Part shown: one piece after another, positions 33,748-44,136 of the stretch | Numbering within the stretch: the stretch's first letter is position 1 | Layout: each line of letters starts with the position of its first letter | Assembly (NCBI GenBank): GCA_977020255.1 | Contig: CDROCS010000506.1 | Coordinates: 1,798,001-1,862,000, forward strand | DNA length: 64,000 nt | Reading direction: 5' to 3' | Source of the DNA: Obrimoposthia wandeli | Lineage: Eukaryota | Notes under the pieces: model-generated | Databases searched by the model: none | Told to the model about the DNA's origin: nothing | The model's input: only the letters and a program-made list of their open reading frames with translations | Made by a program: the position numbers and the translations under genes

Positions 33748-34231
33748 AGTTTTACTGTTAACATTATTCATGAGCAACTCAGCGTTCGCATTAGAGTCTG
33801 ACTTTGAAGAGAATGTTGTCGTGAATGCCAAACGTCAAGAAGTGTTTATTAAAGAGAACCGCGTTATATTTTATGATAATGTGGTAGTAACTCAAGGCAC
33901 GATATTAATACATGCTGATAAGCTAACCGTATTAAGCTCTGGCGGCAAAGGCACCGAAGTAATGATAGCGACGGGGAACGTTGCTACTTTTTATCAAGAA
34001 CTTGATGACGGTAAAAAAATCAACGCTGAGTCTAACGAGATCCGCTACGAACTTGGCAAAAAACGCTTAACCTTGTCAAAGAATGCCCGTTTACGTCAAG
34101 CAGATAGTGAAGTTAAAGGTGACAAGATCATCTACCAAATTGATAAACAAGAAATGATAGCCGAGAGTGGCAATAATGAATCTGATCGCGTGATCACAAT
34201 TTTCACTCCTGAAGACACTAAAACTAAGTAG
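33731..34231 (+). CDS. lptA: LPS transport periplasmic protein LptA
   Basis: Signal peptide, NVVVTQGTILIHADK and GDKIIY; OstA-like. Confidence 0.92.
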   Translation: MMKKYKVLLLTLFMSNSAFALESDFEENVVVNAKRQEVFIKENRVIFYDNVVVTQGTILIHADKLTVLSSGGKGTEVMIATGNVATFYQELDDGKKINAESNEIRYELGKKRLTLSKNARLRQADSEVKGDKIIYQIDKQEMIAESGNNESDRVITIFTPEDTKTK

Positions 34232-34246
34232 AGTAAGTAGATTCAT

Positions 34247-34972
34247 ATGGCGCGTTTAAAAGCATCACACTTAGCAAAAAGTTACAACAAACGAAAAGTT
34301 GTTTCAGATGTGAGTCTCGAAGTTGAATCAGGCCAGATTGTTGGCTTGCTTGGGCCCAATGGCGCCGGTAAAACCACTACCTTTTATATGGTAGTCGGCT
34401 TAGTGAAGCGAGATCATGGACAAATTTTCATTGATGACCAAGAATTAACCCATGAGCCTATGCATATTCGCGCACAGCAAGGTATTGGTTACTTACCGCA
34501 AGAAGCATCCATTTTCCGTCGCCTATCAGTGACTAAAAATATCATGGCTATCTTAGAGTTACGTCCAGAGCTCAGCCGTTTTGAACGCGAAGAAAAATTA
34601 GAAGAATTATTAGAAGAGTTTCATATTACCCATATTCGCGATAGTTTAGGCATGAGTTTATCAGGTGGTGAACGTCGCCGCGTTGAGATTGCCCGCGCAT
34701 TAGCTGCAGACCCGAAATTTATCTTATTAGATGAACCATTTGCCGGCGTAGATCCGATTTCGGTTGGTGATATTAAGAAAATTATTCAGCATCTTCGAGA
34801 TCGTGGTTTAGGGGTATTAATTACCGATCATAACGTACGTGAAACGCTTGATGTATGTGAACATTCATATATTGTGAGCCATGGACATTTGATCGCGTCA
34901 GGTACTTCTGAAGAAATTTTATCTAATGAAAAAGTAAAAGAAGTATATCTTGGAGATCAATTCCGACTATAG
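34247..34972 (+). CDS. lptB: LPS export ABC ATPase
   Basis: [24 protein letters not shown] and [10 protein letters not shown]. Confidence 0.98.
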   Translation: MARLKASHLAKSYNKRKVVSDVSLEVESGQIVGLLGPNGAGKTTTFYMVVGLVKRDHGQIFIDDQELTHEPMHIRAQQGIGYLPQEASIFRRLSVTKNIMAILELRPELSRFEREEKLEELLEEFHITHIRDSLGMSLSGGERRRVEIARALAADPKFILLDEPFAGVDPISVGDIKKIIQHLRDRGLGVLITDHNVRETLDVCEHSYIVSHGHLIASGTSEEILSNEKVKEVYLGDQFRL

Positions 34973-35003
34973 TTTGATATCAGTTCCAAATATAGTTTGA
35001 TAT
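34968..35003 (+). repeat. Exact 13-bp direct repeat upstream of rpoN
   Basis: TATAGTTTGATAT at 34968-34980 and 34991-35003 (23-bp period). Confidence 0.85.
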
Positions 35004-35043
35004 TGCTATTTAGCCGCATTAAGGAAGAGAGAGTAGTCGTTAG

Positions 35044-36579
35044 ATGAAGCCATCATTACAACTTAGGATGAGTCAATCTCTGGCAATGACGCCACAGTTA
35101 CAACAAGCGATTCGATTATTACAATTATCGACCTTGGAGTTGCAACAAGAGATCCAAGAAGCGCTAGATAGTAATCCACTTCTAGAGCAAGAAGACCCCC
35201 ATGAATCGCTTTCTAACGATGCAGAGAGTAATGCAGCTCATGATGGTAATAGTCATGACGCCAGCAGTCATGATACCAATAACGGTGATGCGCCAACCGA
35301 CAGTAGTCAAATTGAAGTAAGTGATGCGCTTGCCAGCGACTCTATGCCCGATGAACTACCCAATGACAGTAATTGGGATGACGTTTACACCCCACAAATA
35401 CAAAATCACAGTAGCGGCAGTGCTGGCATTGATGGCTTAGATCAAGTTTACCAGGGTGAAACCAGTGAAGGTTTATACGAGCATTTAATGTGGCAAATGG
35501 AGCTCACCCCCTTTTCTGACATCGATCGTGCGATTGCAATCGCAATCATTGATGGTATTGATGACCACGGTTACCTCAACCAAACTTGTGAAGAGATCCT
35601 GGAAAGCGTTGACATCGACCACCAGGAAGTGGATGCCAACAATGACGCCAAGATTGAATTAGATGAAGTTGAAGCGGTACTAAAACGTATTCAGCACTTT
35701 GATCCCATCGGTGTAGCAGCACGTTCACTGCAAGAATGTTTATTGATCCAGCTCCAACATTTACCTAAAAGTACCCCTTGGTTAAGCGAATGTCAGCAAA
35801 TAATTCAATCTCATATGGATTTATTGGGCAATCGCGACTACCGTCAATTAAGCCGTAAAACAAAATTAAAAGAACCACAGCTTAAAGAGATCATGCAATT
35901 AATTCAAAGCCTAGAACCAAGACCGGGTAATGTCATTGATCAGACCGAAGGGCTGTACGTTATTCCCGATGTATTAGTAAAGAAAAAAAATAATCAGTGG
36001 ATAGTCGACTTAAATCCTGACATTGTGCCAAGATTAAAGGTGAACAATGAATATTCTAATCTTTCGACAGGTAACCGCAACAGTAGCGATGGGCAGTTTA
36101 TCCGTACCCACGTACAAGAAGCCAAGTGGTTTATTAAAAGCTTAGAAAGTCGTAATGAAACGTTACTTAAAGTAACGAAAAGTATTGTTCAACGCCAAGT
36201 CGATTTCTTTGAATATGGCGATGAAGCCATGAAACCTATGGTTTTGAATGATATTGCAGAAGAAGTAGAAATGCACGAATCGACAATTTCGCGGGTAACA
36301 ACGCAGAAATTTATGCATACACCACGTGGTATTTTTGAATTGAAGTTCTTCTTTTCAAGCCATGTCAGTACTGACACTGGTGGTGAATGTTCATCAACCG
36401 CGATACGTGCATTAATTAAAAAATTGGTTGCGGCAGAAAATGTCATGAAACCATTAAGTGATAGCAAGATTGCTGATTTACTTGCTGATCAAGGTATCAA
36501 AGTTGCTCGACGTACGATCGCAAAATACCGAGAGGCACTAAGCATACCACCATCTAATCAGCGCAAGAGTCTGTTATAG
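35044..36579 (+). CDS. rpoN: RNA polymerase sigma-54
   Basis: [22 protein letters not shown] and RpoN box [10 protein letters not shown]. Confidence 0.99.
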   Translation: MKPSLQLRMSQSLAMTPQLQQAIRLLQLSTLELQQEIQEALDSNPLLEQEDPHESLSNDAESNAAHDGNSHDASSHDTNNGDAPTDSSQIEVSDALASDSMPDELPNDSNWDDVYTPQIQNHSSGSAGIDGLDQVYQGETSEGLYEHLMWQMELTPFSDIDRAIAIAIIDGIDDHGYLNQTCEEILESVDIDHQEVDANNDAKIELDEVEAVLKRIQHFDPIGVAARSLQECLLIQLQHLPKSTPWLSECQQIIQSHMDLLGNRDYRQLSRKTKLKEPQLKEIMQLIQSLEPRPGNVIDQTEGLYVIPDVLVKKKNNQWIVDLNPDIVPRLKVNNEYSNLSTGNRNSSDGQFIRTHVQEAKWFIKSLESRNETLLKVTKSIVQRQVDFFEYGDEAMKPMVLNDIAEEVEMHESTISRVTTQKFMHTPRGIFELKFFFSSHVSTDTGGECSSTAIRALIKKLVAAENVMKPLSDSKIADLLADQGIKVARRTIAKYREALSIPPSNQRKSLL

Positions 36580-36610
36580 GGCTCATCCTACCTTCATAAG
36601 GGAGACATAT

Positions 36611-36898
36611 ATGCAAATTAATTTAACCGGTAGACATGTAGAAATTACAGATTCTCTGAAAGATTACATTGATAGCAAGTTTTCCAAATTAGAACGGCAT
36701 TTTGATCACATTAACAATATTCATGTGATTTTAAATGTCGAAAAGCTACTGCAAGTGGCTGAAGCTAAAATACATTTAAATGGGGGTGAAATATTTGCCG
36801 TACATGAACATAACGATATGTATGCCGCAATAGATGGTTTAATGGATAAGCTCGATCGCCAGGTCATTAAACATAAAGAAAAATTAATTCGCCATTAA
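36611..36898 (+). CDS. hpf: Ribosome hibernation promoting factor
   Basis: MQINLTGRHVEITDSL and DMYAAID..DKLDRQ. Confidence 0.97.
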   Translation: MQINLTGRHVEITDSLKDYIDSKFSKLERHFDHINNIHVILNVEKLLQVAEAKIHLNGGEIFAVHEHNDMYAAIDGLMDKLDRQVIKHKEKLIRH

Positions 36899-36918
36899 TT
36901 TTAGTCCCACAACAAATA

Positions 36919-36948
36919 ACCTAAAGGAAAACAACTTTTCCTTTAGGT
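36919..36948 (+). terminator. Hairpin or terminator after hpf
   Basis: ACCTAAAGGAAAA-CAAC-TTTTCCTTTAGGT perfect 13-bp stem. Confidence 0.7.
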
Positions 36949-37097
36949 ATTAATGCTTCTGACATAATTAAAACATATCATATCCACATCAATTCCGGGA
37001 TAATAAGCCTTCTTTTATAGTACGACAGGTTTAAAATTAGCAACCTAATTTTCACCCTGCTAATGCTATATTCGCTGCGCAGATATGGGGACAGAAC

Positions 37098-37961
37098 ATG
37101 AAATTAATAATAGTCAGCGGCCAGTCAGGATCCGGCAAATCAATTGCATTACGGGTACTTGAAGATTTAGGCTACTATTGCGTAGACAACCTGCCAGTTA
37201 CCTTGCTCCCACAACTACTGCAAACCTTAAATGCCAAAACTGAAAAAGTGGCCGTCAGTATTGATGTGCGTAATTTACCGACTGATAAGCAAGAATTAAA
37301 TGACATTATTACGGCGCTAAAAGCCAGCACCGATCTCACCAGTTTATTTCTTGATGCTAATAAAGCAGTGCTTATTAAGCGCTACAGCGAAACAAGACGA
37401 CTGCATCCATTAACCAAAGATGAGCTGTCATTATCTCAAGCAATTGAAATAGAAGAAAAACGCTTACGTCCTATCGCTTTGCATGCTGATTTAAAAATCG
37501 ATACCTCTGAATTAAATATTCATGAACTCAGCGAACAAATAAAAGAACGTATTTTGGGTAAGAAGAATAATCAATTGGTCCTGGTCTTCCAATCATTTGG
37601 TTTCAAACACGGCCTGCCAATGGATGCCGACTACGTCTTCGACGTGCGATTTTTACCCAACCCACACTGGATCCCAGAGTTAAAACCTTACACAGGTCTG
37701 GATGAACCGGTAATTAATTACCTTAGCCAGCAACCAGAAGTGATGAGTTTTGCACTGCAAATTGAAAACTTATTAACGACCTGGTTACCACTGTTAGAAA
37801 AAAATAATCGTAGCTATGTGACAGTTGCAATTGGTTGTACTGGCGGTCAACATCGTTCGGTCTTTATTGCAGAGCAATTAGCTAAATGCTTTAAACTGCA
37901 AGATCGTGTCGTACAAACGCGTCACCAAACATTAGAAAAAAACAAACATAAAATTAGCTAA
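37098..37961 (+). CDS. rapZ: RNase adapter RapZ
   Basis: [29 protein letters not shown] and [10 protein letters not shown]. Confidence 0.97.
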   Translation: MKLIIVSGQSGSGKSIALRVLEDLGYYCVDNLPVTLLPQLLQTLNAKTEKVAVSIDVRNLPTDKQELNDIITALKASTDLTSLFLDANKAVLIKRYSETRRLHPLTKDELSLSQAIEIEEKRLRPIALHADLKIDTSELNIHELSEQIKERILGKKNNQLVLVFQSFGFKHGLPMDADYVFDVRFLPNPHWIPELKPYTGLDEPVINYLSQQPEVMSFALQIENLLTTWLPLLEKNNRSYVTVAIGCTGGQHRSVFIAEQLAKCFKLQDRVVQTRHQTLEKNKHKIS

Positions 37962-37968
37962 ATACTCT

Positions 37969-38031
37969 CAGCATTAACAAAGTGATACCGTTAATTATTA
38001 TTATATTTTATGGTATCACTTGTTAATGCTG
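37969..38031. repeat. About 20-bp inverted repeat between rapZ and mgtE
   Basis: CAGCATTAACAA(A)GTGATACC-22nt AT loop-GGTATCACTTGTTAATGCTG with one bulge. Confidence 0.85.
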
Positions 38032-38113
38032 ATTATAAATACAGATTAAGCTAGAATTGCGCAGCACCTGCGAGCAAGGTCTTGCAGCAAAAGAATAAGA
38101 ATGGGGACGACAT

Positions 38114-39475
38114 ATGCTAGAACAAATGGAGCATGACAGTACACACCTGCGTTTAAGTGAAATGAATGAAGCGCTCGACAGCGGTATGTTTGTTCACGTA
38201 AAACGAATGCTCAACCAAACGCCCCCTTGTGATATTGCATTATTACTTGAATCATCGCCACCAGCTGGCCGTAAAGTGTTGTGGCGATTAACCGATTCTG
38301 AAATGCAAGGTGAGATCCTTGACGAACTCAACGAAGATGCTAAAACCAGTATTCTCAAACTCATGGATACCGAATCGCTTGTCGCGGCGACTGAAGGTTT
38401 AGATTCCGATGATCTCGCTAATATTCTCCGCAGTCTCCCAGATAGCATCTATCAAGAAGTTATCTCGAAAATGGATACCCAAGATCGCCATCGTCTAGAA
38501 GCTGCTATGGCCTATCCAGAAGATACTGCGGGCAGTATCATGGACACTGATACCATCACTTTTCGTCCAGATGTCACTGTCGATGTTATTTTACGCTATA
38601 TCCGTTTACGCGGAGAACTACCAGAAGCAACCGATACCTTATACGTGGTGGATAAAGATAATCGCTTAATGGGTGATGTATCTTTGGCGATGCTACTGAC
38701 CACAGATCTAAACAGTGTGGTCGATACCATCATGGATCGCCAAGCTGAAACATTACCAGCCAATATGGATACCTCCGAAGTCGCCAAGTTATTTGAACGT
38801 CATAATTGGATCTCTGCGCCTGTTATTGATGATTCAGGTAACCTACTCGGTCGTATTACCATTGATGACGTGGTCGATATTATTCGTGAAAATGCCGAGC
38901 ATGACATGATGGGTATGGCCGGTATGGATGATGATGAGGATACTTTCGCGCCCGTCATCCAAAGTACCAAACGTCGTACGCTCTGGCTTGGCGTTAATTT
39001 AATTGCAGCACTGACCGCCGCATCTGTTTCCAATATGTTTGAAGCGACTTTAGAGCAACTAGCAACACTGGCTATTTTAATGACCATCGTACCGAGTATG
39101 GGCGGTATCGCCGGTAATCAAACGTTAGCTTTAGTTATTCGTGGTATGGCAGTGGGTCATATTAGTGAAGACAACAGCCGTTGGTTAATTGGTAAAGAAG
39201 CCATGGTTGGCGCATTGAATGGTGCTATTTGGGCCATCTTTATCGCTATCATCGTCTCGCTGTGGAAAGGTGATCCGTCACTCGGTCTCATCATTGGCGG
39301 TGCGATGTTTATTAATATGTCGATTGGCGGACTCGCGGGTGTAGTGATTCCATTGGTGATGAAAAAATACAATATTGATCCAGCATTAGCAGGCGGAATG
39401 GCGCTCACGACCGTTACCGATGTCGTCGGTCTATTTGCCTTCTTAGGCATGGCAACACTGGTCTACGGTTCATAA
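38114..39475 (+). CDS. mgtE: Magnesium transporter MgtE
   Basis: YPEDTAGSIMD, CBS pair, GRITIDDV, MGGIAGNQ, DPALAGG and TTVTD. Confidence 0.96.
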   Translation: MLEQMEHDSTHLRLSEMNEALDSGMFVHVKRMLNQTPPCDIALLLESSPPAGRKVLWRLTDSEMQGEILDELNEDAKTSILKLMDTESLVAATEGLDSDDLANILRSLPDSIYQEVISKMDTQDRHRLEAAMAYPEDTAGSIMDTDTITFRPDVTVDVILRYIRLRGELPEATDTLYVVDKDNRLMGDVSLAMLLTTDLNSVVDTIMDRQAETLPANMDTSEVAKLFERHNWISAPVIDDSGNLLGRITIDDVVDIIRENAEHDMMGMAGMDDDEDTFAPVIQSTKRRTLWLGVNLIAALTAASVSNMFEATLEQLATLAILMTIVPSMGGIAGNQTLALVIRGMAVGHISEDNSRWLIGKEAMVGALNGAIWAIFIAIIVSLWKGDPSLGLIIGGAMFINMSIGGLAGVVIPLVMKKYNIDPALAGGMALTTVTDVVGLFAFLGMATLVYGS

Positions 39476-39533
39476 AACGCGTTTAAATCGCGAAGTAATG
39501 ACCGAGCCGAGAATAATTACCGCGTTATAAATA

Positions 39534-39566
39534 AAAAAGCCTGTGTCTTAACGACACAGGCTTTTT
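39534..39566. terminator. Bidirectional terminator mgtE/pmbA
   Basis: AAAAAGCCTGTGTC-TTAAC-GACACAGGCTTTTT. Confidence 0.9.
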
Positions 39567-39637
39567 ACGTTCTAATTCTTTTTACATACTATTCATATTC
39601 AAAATAAGGCGATATAAAATTAAAGCTTAACGGCTAA

Positions 39638-40978
39638 TTAGTTACCGGCAATCTGCATTGACTCTAACAGTGTCGAACCCATCAAAATACTGCTACGAAT
39701 ATCAACGTCGTTACCCACAGCAACAATGTTTTTAAACATATCCGTTAAGTTACCTGCGATAGTGATTTCATGTACTGGATATTGTACTTCGCCGTTCTCA
39801 ACCCAGAAACCAGACGCGCCACGGCTATAATCACCCGTCACTATATTAACGCCTTGACCCATCAGCTCAGTCACTAATAAACCCGTGCCCATTTGACGAC
39901 ACAGCTGACCTAGTGTTTCGCCTTTACCAGTTACATTCCAGTTATGGATACCACCAGCATGACCAGTCGTTTGCATGCCGAGTTTACGACCGCTATAACT
40001 AGTTAGCAGGTAGCTTTTTAAGATACCTTGTTCAACAACATTTAAATCTTTAGTACGCACACCTTCAGCGTCGTACATAGACGATGCTAAACCACCTAAA
40101 ATATGTGGGCGCTCTTGGATGTTCAACCAATCAGGGAAAATTTGTTCACCCAGCTTATCCAGCAAGAATGATGATTTACGGTATAAACTACCACCACTGA
40201 TACCCATGACTAACTGACCCATTAAGCTGCTAGCAACATCATGGTGAAAAATCACTGGCACATTACACGTATCAATTTTACGCGCGCCTAGACGGTCCAC
40301 AGTACGATTAACCGCTTCTGTAGCAATCTGTTCAGGTGTCCACAATTTACTTGCGTCACGTGCCATTGAGTAGCCGTAATCACGTTCCATTGCGCCATCT
40401 TCTTCGGCAATCAATACCGAACTCATGCTGTGACGGGTACTTGCATAACCATTCACCAAACCATGACTGTTACCATAAACTTTAATACTGCTGTGGCTGG
40501 TAAATGCGCCTTCGCTGTTCACAATACGAGGATCTTGCGCTAACGCTAAACGCTCTGTTAGGCACGCTTGCTCAATCGCATACTCAGGCTTAATTTCAAT
40601 CGGGTGGCATAAATCTAAGTCTGTCGGAGAAAACGCCATGAGTTCACGATCTGCTAGACCTGCAAACTCATCTTCAGCGGTATGCAAGGCGATATCTAAT
40701 GCCGCAGCAACCGCACTTTGAATTGCAGCTTCGCTTAAATCAGAGGTAGATGCATTACCTTTACGTTGACCACGGTATACACAAATACCTAACGCGCCAT
40801 CGTGGTTGAATTCAACATTTTCAACTTCACCCATGCGCGTACTCACAGACAAACCAGTTTGTCGTGAAATAGCTACTTCAGCATCACTCGCGCCCGCTTT
40901 TTTGGCCATTTCGAGTGCTTGAGTAACGGCTAATTCCAATTTATTTTGTTCTAATGTAATTTGCTGTTTTAAGTTCAT
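39638..40978 (-). CDS. pmbA: Metalloprotease PmbA (TldE)
   Basis: [30 protein letters not shown] and EITIAGN. Confidence 0.96.
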   Translation of the reverse strand: MNLKQQITLEQNKLELAVTQALEMAKKAGASDAEVAISRQTGLSVSTRMGEVENVEFNHDGALGICVYRGQRKGNASTSDLSEAAIQSAVAAALDIALHTAEDEFAGLADRELMAFSPTDLDLCHPIEIKPEYAIEQACLTERLALAQDPRIVNSEGAFTSHSSIKVYGNSHGLVNGYASTRHSMSSVLIAEEDGAMERDYGYSMARDASKLWTPEQIATEAVNRTVDRLGARKIDTCNVPVIFHHDVASSLMGQLVMGISGGSLYRKSSFLLDKLGEQIFPDWLNIQERPHILGGLASSMYDAEGVRTKDLNVVEQGILKSYLLTSYSGRKLGMQTTGHAGGIHNWNVTGKGETLGQLCRQMGTGLLVTELMGQGVNIVTGDYSRGASGFWVENGEVQYPVHEITIAGNLTDMFKNIVAVGNDVDIRSSILMGSTLLESMQIAGN

Positions 40979-41103
40979 GGGCTCGTTTCAATTAGTTATA
41001 CTGGATTTAGCATACCATGATGTGATAAAAATTCCTCCAGCAACTGCGCAATTAGCAATAAACTGATACAATTAACATATCAATCGTTTTGAAAAAGAAT
41101 ATT

Positions 41104-41655
41104 ATGAGCGTAAAAGAGCGAAATATTACCAGTGAAAAGTCTTACCGACGCGCTGAAGACGACGAGTTATATCAAAGTCGTGCAGAAAATAAAATTGAAA
41201 TTGCGAAGACACTGAAACTCGCTGGCGCTATCGCTTTACTCAGTAAAGCTGAAATTGCCAAGATGGGTTTTTCAGAAGAGATGCTTGCAGCAATCGTCAC
41301 AGCAAGAAAAATTGTTGTACGTACTGATGCTTACAGCAGACATCTATCGTACATGTGCAAAATCATGCGTAGCGATGGCCTCGAACCAATCCAAGCGGCA
41401 TACGATAAGATCACCAATAAATATAACCAAGCAACGGTTGAATTAGCGAAACTAGAAATGGTTCGTGATGACTTAGTTGCCGGTGGTGATACTGCGATCA
41501 CTGCATTACTGGAAACTTATCCAAATGCTGATCGTCAGAAATTACGTCTGCTGATCCGCCAAGTGAATAAAGAATTGAAAGCTGAAAAGCCGCTTAAAGC
41601 AGCAAAACCAAGCAAAGAAATCTTTAAACACCTACGTGAAATTGCTGGTCTGTAA
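41104..41655 (+). CDS. darP: Ribosome biogenesis factor DarP/YjgA (divergent N-half)
   Basis: C-half KLE..RDDL..GD, ADRQKLRLLIR and KEIFKHLRE; divergent from pmbA as in relatives. Confidence 0.8.
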   Translation: MSVKERNITSEKSYRRAEDDELYQSRAENKIEIAKTLKLAGAIALLSKAEIAKMGFSEEMLAAIVTARKIVVRTDAYSRHLSYMCKIMRSDGLEPIQAAYDKITNKYNQATVELAKLEMVRDDLVAGGDTAITALLETYPNADRQKLRLLIRQVNKELKAEKPLKAAKPSKEIFKHLREIAGL

Positions 41656-41748
41656 TATTAATTGGCCATTTTGGCTAATTAATATTTAACCTGCAAAAAC
41701 AATAAAGCCCTAACAAGTGATTCATATACTTGCTAGGGCTTTATTTTT
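41654..41748. terminator. Two tandem hairpins between convergent darP and tldD
   Basis: AATATTAATTGGCCA-TTT-TGGCTAATTAATATT (41654-41686) and AATAAAGCCCTA...TAGGGCTTTATT plus T-tract (41701-41748). Confidence 0.75.
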
Positions 41749-41794
41749 ATCTGTTATTTTTTAACCGTGACGTTTAAAGTGTCCAGCAGCATTA

Positions 41795-43243
41795 TTAGCT
41801 GCCCGTACCACCGACTGTCATGCTGTCTAATTTTAATGTTGGCTGACCAACACCAACAGGGATACTTTGGCCTTCTTTACCACAAATACCGACACCCTTA
41901 TCTAACTCCAGATCATTACCGACCATAGAGATATCTTGCATCGCGTCATGACCATTACCGATCAAGGTTGCGCCTTTAATTGGCGTGGTAATTTTACCAT
42001 TCTCAATTAAATAAGCTTCTGATGCAGAGAATACAAACTTACCCGAGGTAATATCAACCTGACCACCACCAAAGTTAGGCGCGTAAATACCCTTCTTAAC
42101 CGTACTAATAATCTCTTCAGGTGTATGTTCACCCGGCAACATGTAAGTATTAGTCATACGCGGCATCGGTAAATGCGCGAATGATTCACGACGTCCATTA
42201 CCCGTAGATTCAACACCCATTAAGCGGGCATTAAGTTTATCTTGCATATAACCTTTCAAAATACCCTTTTCAATCAACATGGTATTTTGCGTTACCGTGC
42301 CTTCGTCATCAATGTTCAATGAACCACGGCGATTCGCTAAAGTGCCATTATCAACAATCGTACACAATGAAGATGCCACTTGCTCGCCAATTTTACCAGC
42401 ATAAGAAGACGTACCTTTACGGTTGAAGTCACCTTCTAAGCCATGGCCTACCGCTTCGTGTAATAATACTCCAGGCCAACCAGCACCAAGAACCACAGTC
42501 ATCGCACCAGCAGGTGCATCAATGGCCTCAATATTAACTAATGCCTGACGTACCGCATCTTTAGCATAGCTAAACGCACGCTGCACACCATCTACATCTT
42601 CTAAAAAGTAATCAAATCCATAACGACCACCGCCACCAGCGCCACCACGTTCACGTTTACCATTTTTCTCAATCAACACAGAACAGTTCATACGTACTAA
42701 TGGGCGAACGTCTGTCGCCAACGTGCCATCTGTTGCTGCCACTAATATTTCTTCGTATACCGCAGATAGACTCACGCTCACTTGCGTAACGTGTGTATCC
42801 AATGAACGCGCATACACATCAACCTCATGTAATAAGTCAATTTTACGTTGTCTTTCCATGCTCGCTAATGGATCTAATGGCTGATAGATCTCACTACCTT
42901 GTGGTTTGCTCCAGGCTTTAACTTTACCTTCACCACCGCTGCCAGCAATACCACGCGCCGCTTTAGCAGACTGGGTTAATGCCTTTAAACTGATCTCATC
43001 AGAATAAGCAAAACCGGTTTTCTCGCCCGATACTGCACGTACACCAACACCTTTCTCGATGTTAAATGAACCTTCTTTAACAATGCCGTCTTCTAAACCC
43101 CAAGACTCATGCTTACAAGCTTGGAAATAAAGATCACCATAATCAAGCTGATTACCCATCAATAATGACAGTGTGCTCTGCAGCTTATCGACGTTTAAAC
43201 CGGCTGGCAGTAAAATTGAATTTTCGACTTGTTCAAATCTCAT
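41795..43243 (-). CDS. tldD: Metalloprotease TldD
   Basis: [24 protein letters not shown] and CGKEGQS. Confidence 0.97.
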   Translation of the reverse strand: MRFEQVENSILLPAGLNVDKLQSTLSLLMGNQLDYGDLYFQACKHESWGLEDGIVKEGSFNIEKGVGVRAVSGEKTGFAYSDEISLKALTQSAKAARGIAGSGGEGKVKAWSKPQGSEIYQPLDPLASMERQRKIDLLHEVDVYARSLDTHVTQVSVSLSAVYEEILVAATDGTLATDVRPLVRMNCSVLIEKNGKRERGGAGGGGRYGFDYFLEDVDGVQRAFSYAKDAVRQALVNIEAIDAPAGAMTVVLGAGWPGVLLHEAVGHGLEGDFNRKGTSSYAGKIGEQVASSLCTIVDNGTLANRRGSLNIDDEGTVTQNTMLIEKGILKGYMQDKLNARLMGVESTGNGRRESFAHLPMPRMTNTYMLPGEHTPEEIISTVKKGIYAPNFGGGQVDITSGKFVFSASEAYLIENGKITTPIKGATLIGNGHDAMQDISMVGNDLELDKGVGICGKEGQSIPVGVGQPTLKLDSMTVGGTGS

Positions 43244-43251
43244 TTGGATTA

Positions 43252-44136
43252 TTACTCTTTATTTTTCAAGCTCGCCGTAAAGCGTGCGTGTTGTAAAATA
43301 GGTATGTCAGCACGTACTTGTACTAACTTATGTTTGTCTAATCGCGCACAACTGATACCGCATGCCGACGTTTGTTGTGCCAGTATCTCTCCCCAAGGGT
43401 CTAAGATAACTGAATGCCCCCAAGTATGACGATTGTGGCCATGATCACCCACCTGATTCGCCGCTAACACGTAGCATTGGTTTTCAATTGCTCGGGCTTG
43501 TAACAGGGGTAACCAATGGGCTTTACCTGTCACATAAGTAAACGCGGCAGGCAGTAAAAACACATCGACATTAGCCGCACTCAGTGCACGAAATAATTCT
43601 GGAAAGCGTAAGTCATAACAAATCGCCATGCCAACCGTTATATTGCCGACGCGAAAGGTCGCAATCCGATCACCGGCAATAAAGCTATCTGATTCTTTAT
43701 ATACTTGAGTCTTTAACGCTTGCTTAAATACCGTCTTAGCTTGGTCATCATTCGTGGTGACAGAGACAGCTGGAACATGCGCATCAAACAAATGGATCTT
43801 GTGGTAATGTTGCACCAATTCCCCATTCGGGTCAAATGCTAAACTCGTGGTGTAAACCCGATCATCAATATCACTAAGAATAGGGAAAGAACCTGCAACC
43901 AGCCAACATTGGTATTGTTTCGCCCAATCAGCAAGTTGTTGCTGAACACAGCCCTGTCCTAATACTTCTGCATGGGCTAAATAATCGTCACGATTGGAAA
44001 ATAACGCGAAATTCTCAGGTAATAATATTAACGTCGGGGCAACTTGCGTATTAATCAACGCCAGTTGCGATGCCACAGTCGCTAAGTTTGCTGCAATATC
44101 AGCACCAGAGTTCATTTGTATTGCGACTAACTGCAT
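43252..44136 (-). CDS. Carbon-nitrogen hydrolase (Nit1/YbeM-like amidase)
   Basis: E-K-C triad in [13 protein letters not shown] and ICYDLRFPE; conserved yhdP-nit-tldD context. Confidence 0.9.
   Translation of the reverse strand: MQLVAIQMNSGADIAANLATVASQLALINTQVAPTLILLPENFALFSNRDDYLAHAEVLGQGCVQQQLADWAKQYQCWLVAGSFPILSDIDDRVYTTSLAFDPNGELVQHYHKIHLFDAHVPAVSVTTNDDQAKTVFKQALKTQVYKESDSFIAGDRIATFRVGNITVGMAICYDLRFPELFRALSAANVDVFLLPAAFTYVTGKAHWLPLLQARAIENQCYVLAANQVGDHGHNRHTWGHSVILDPWGEILAQQTSACGISCARLDKHKLVQVRADIPILQHARFTASLKNKE

Noticed and set aside
37085-38108. Identical ATGGGGAC octamer before both rapZ (37085) and mgtE (38101) starts
   Set aside because: Most simply two GGGG-type Shine-Dalgarno sequences; two copies are not enough to infer co-regulation
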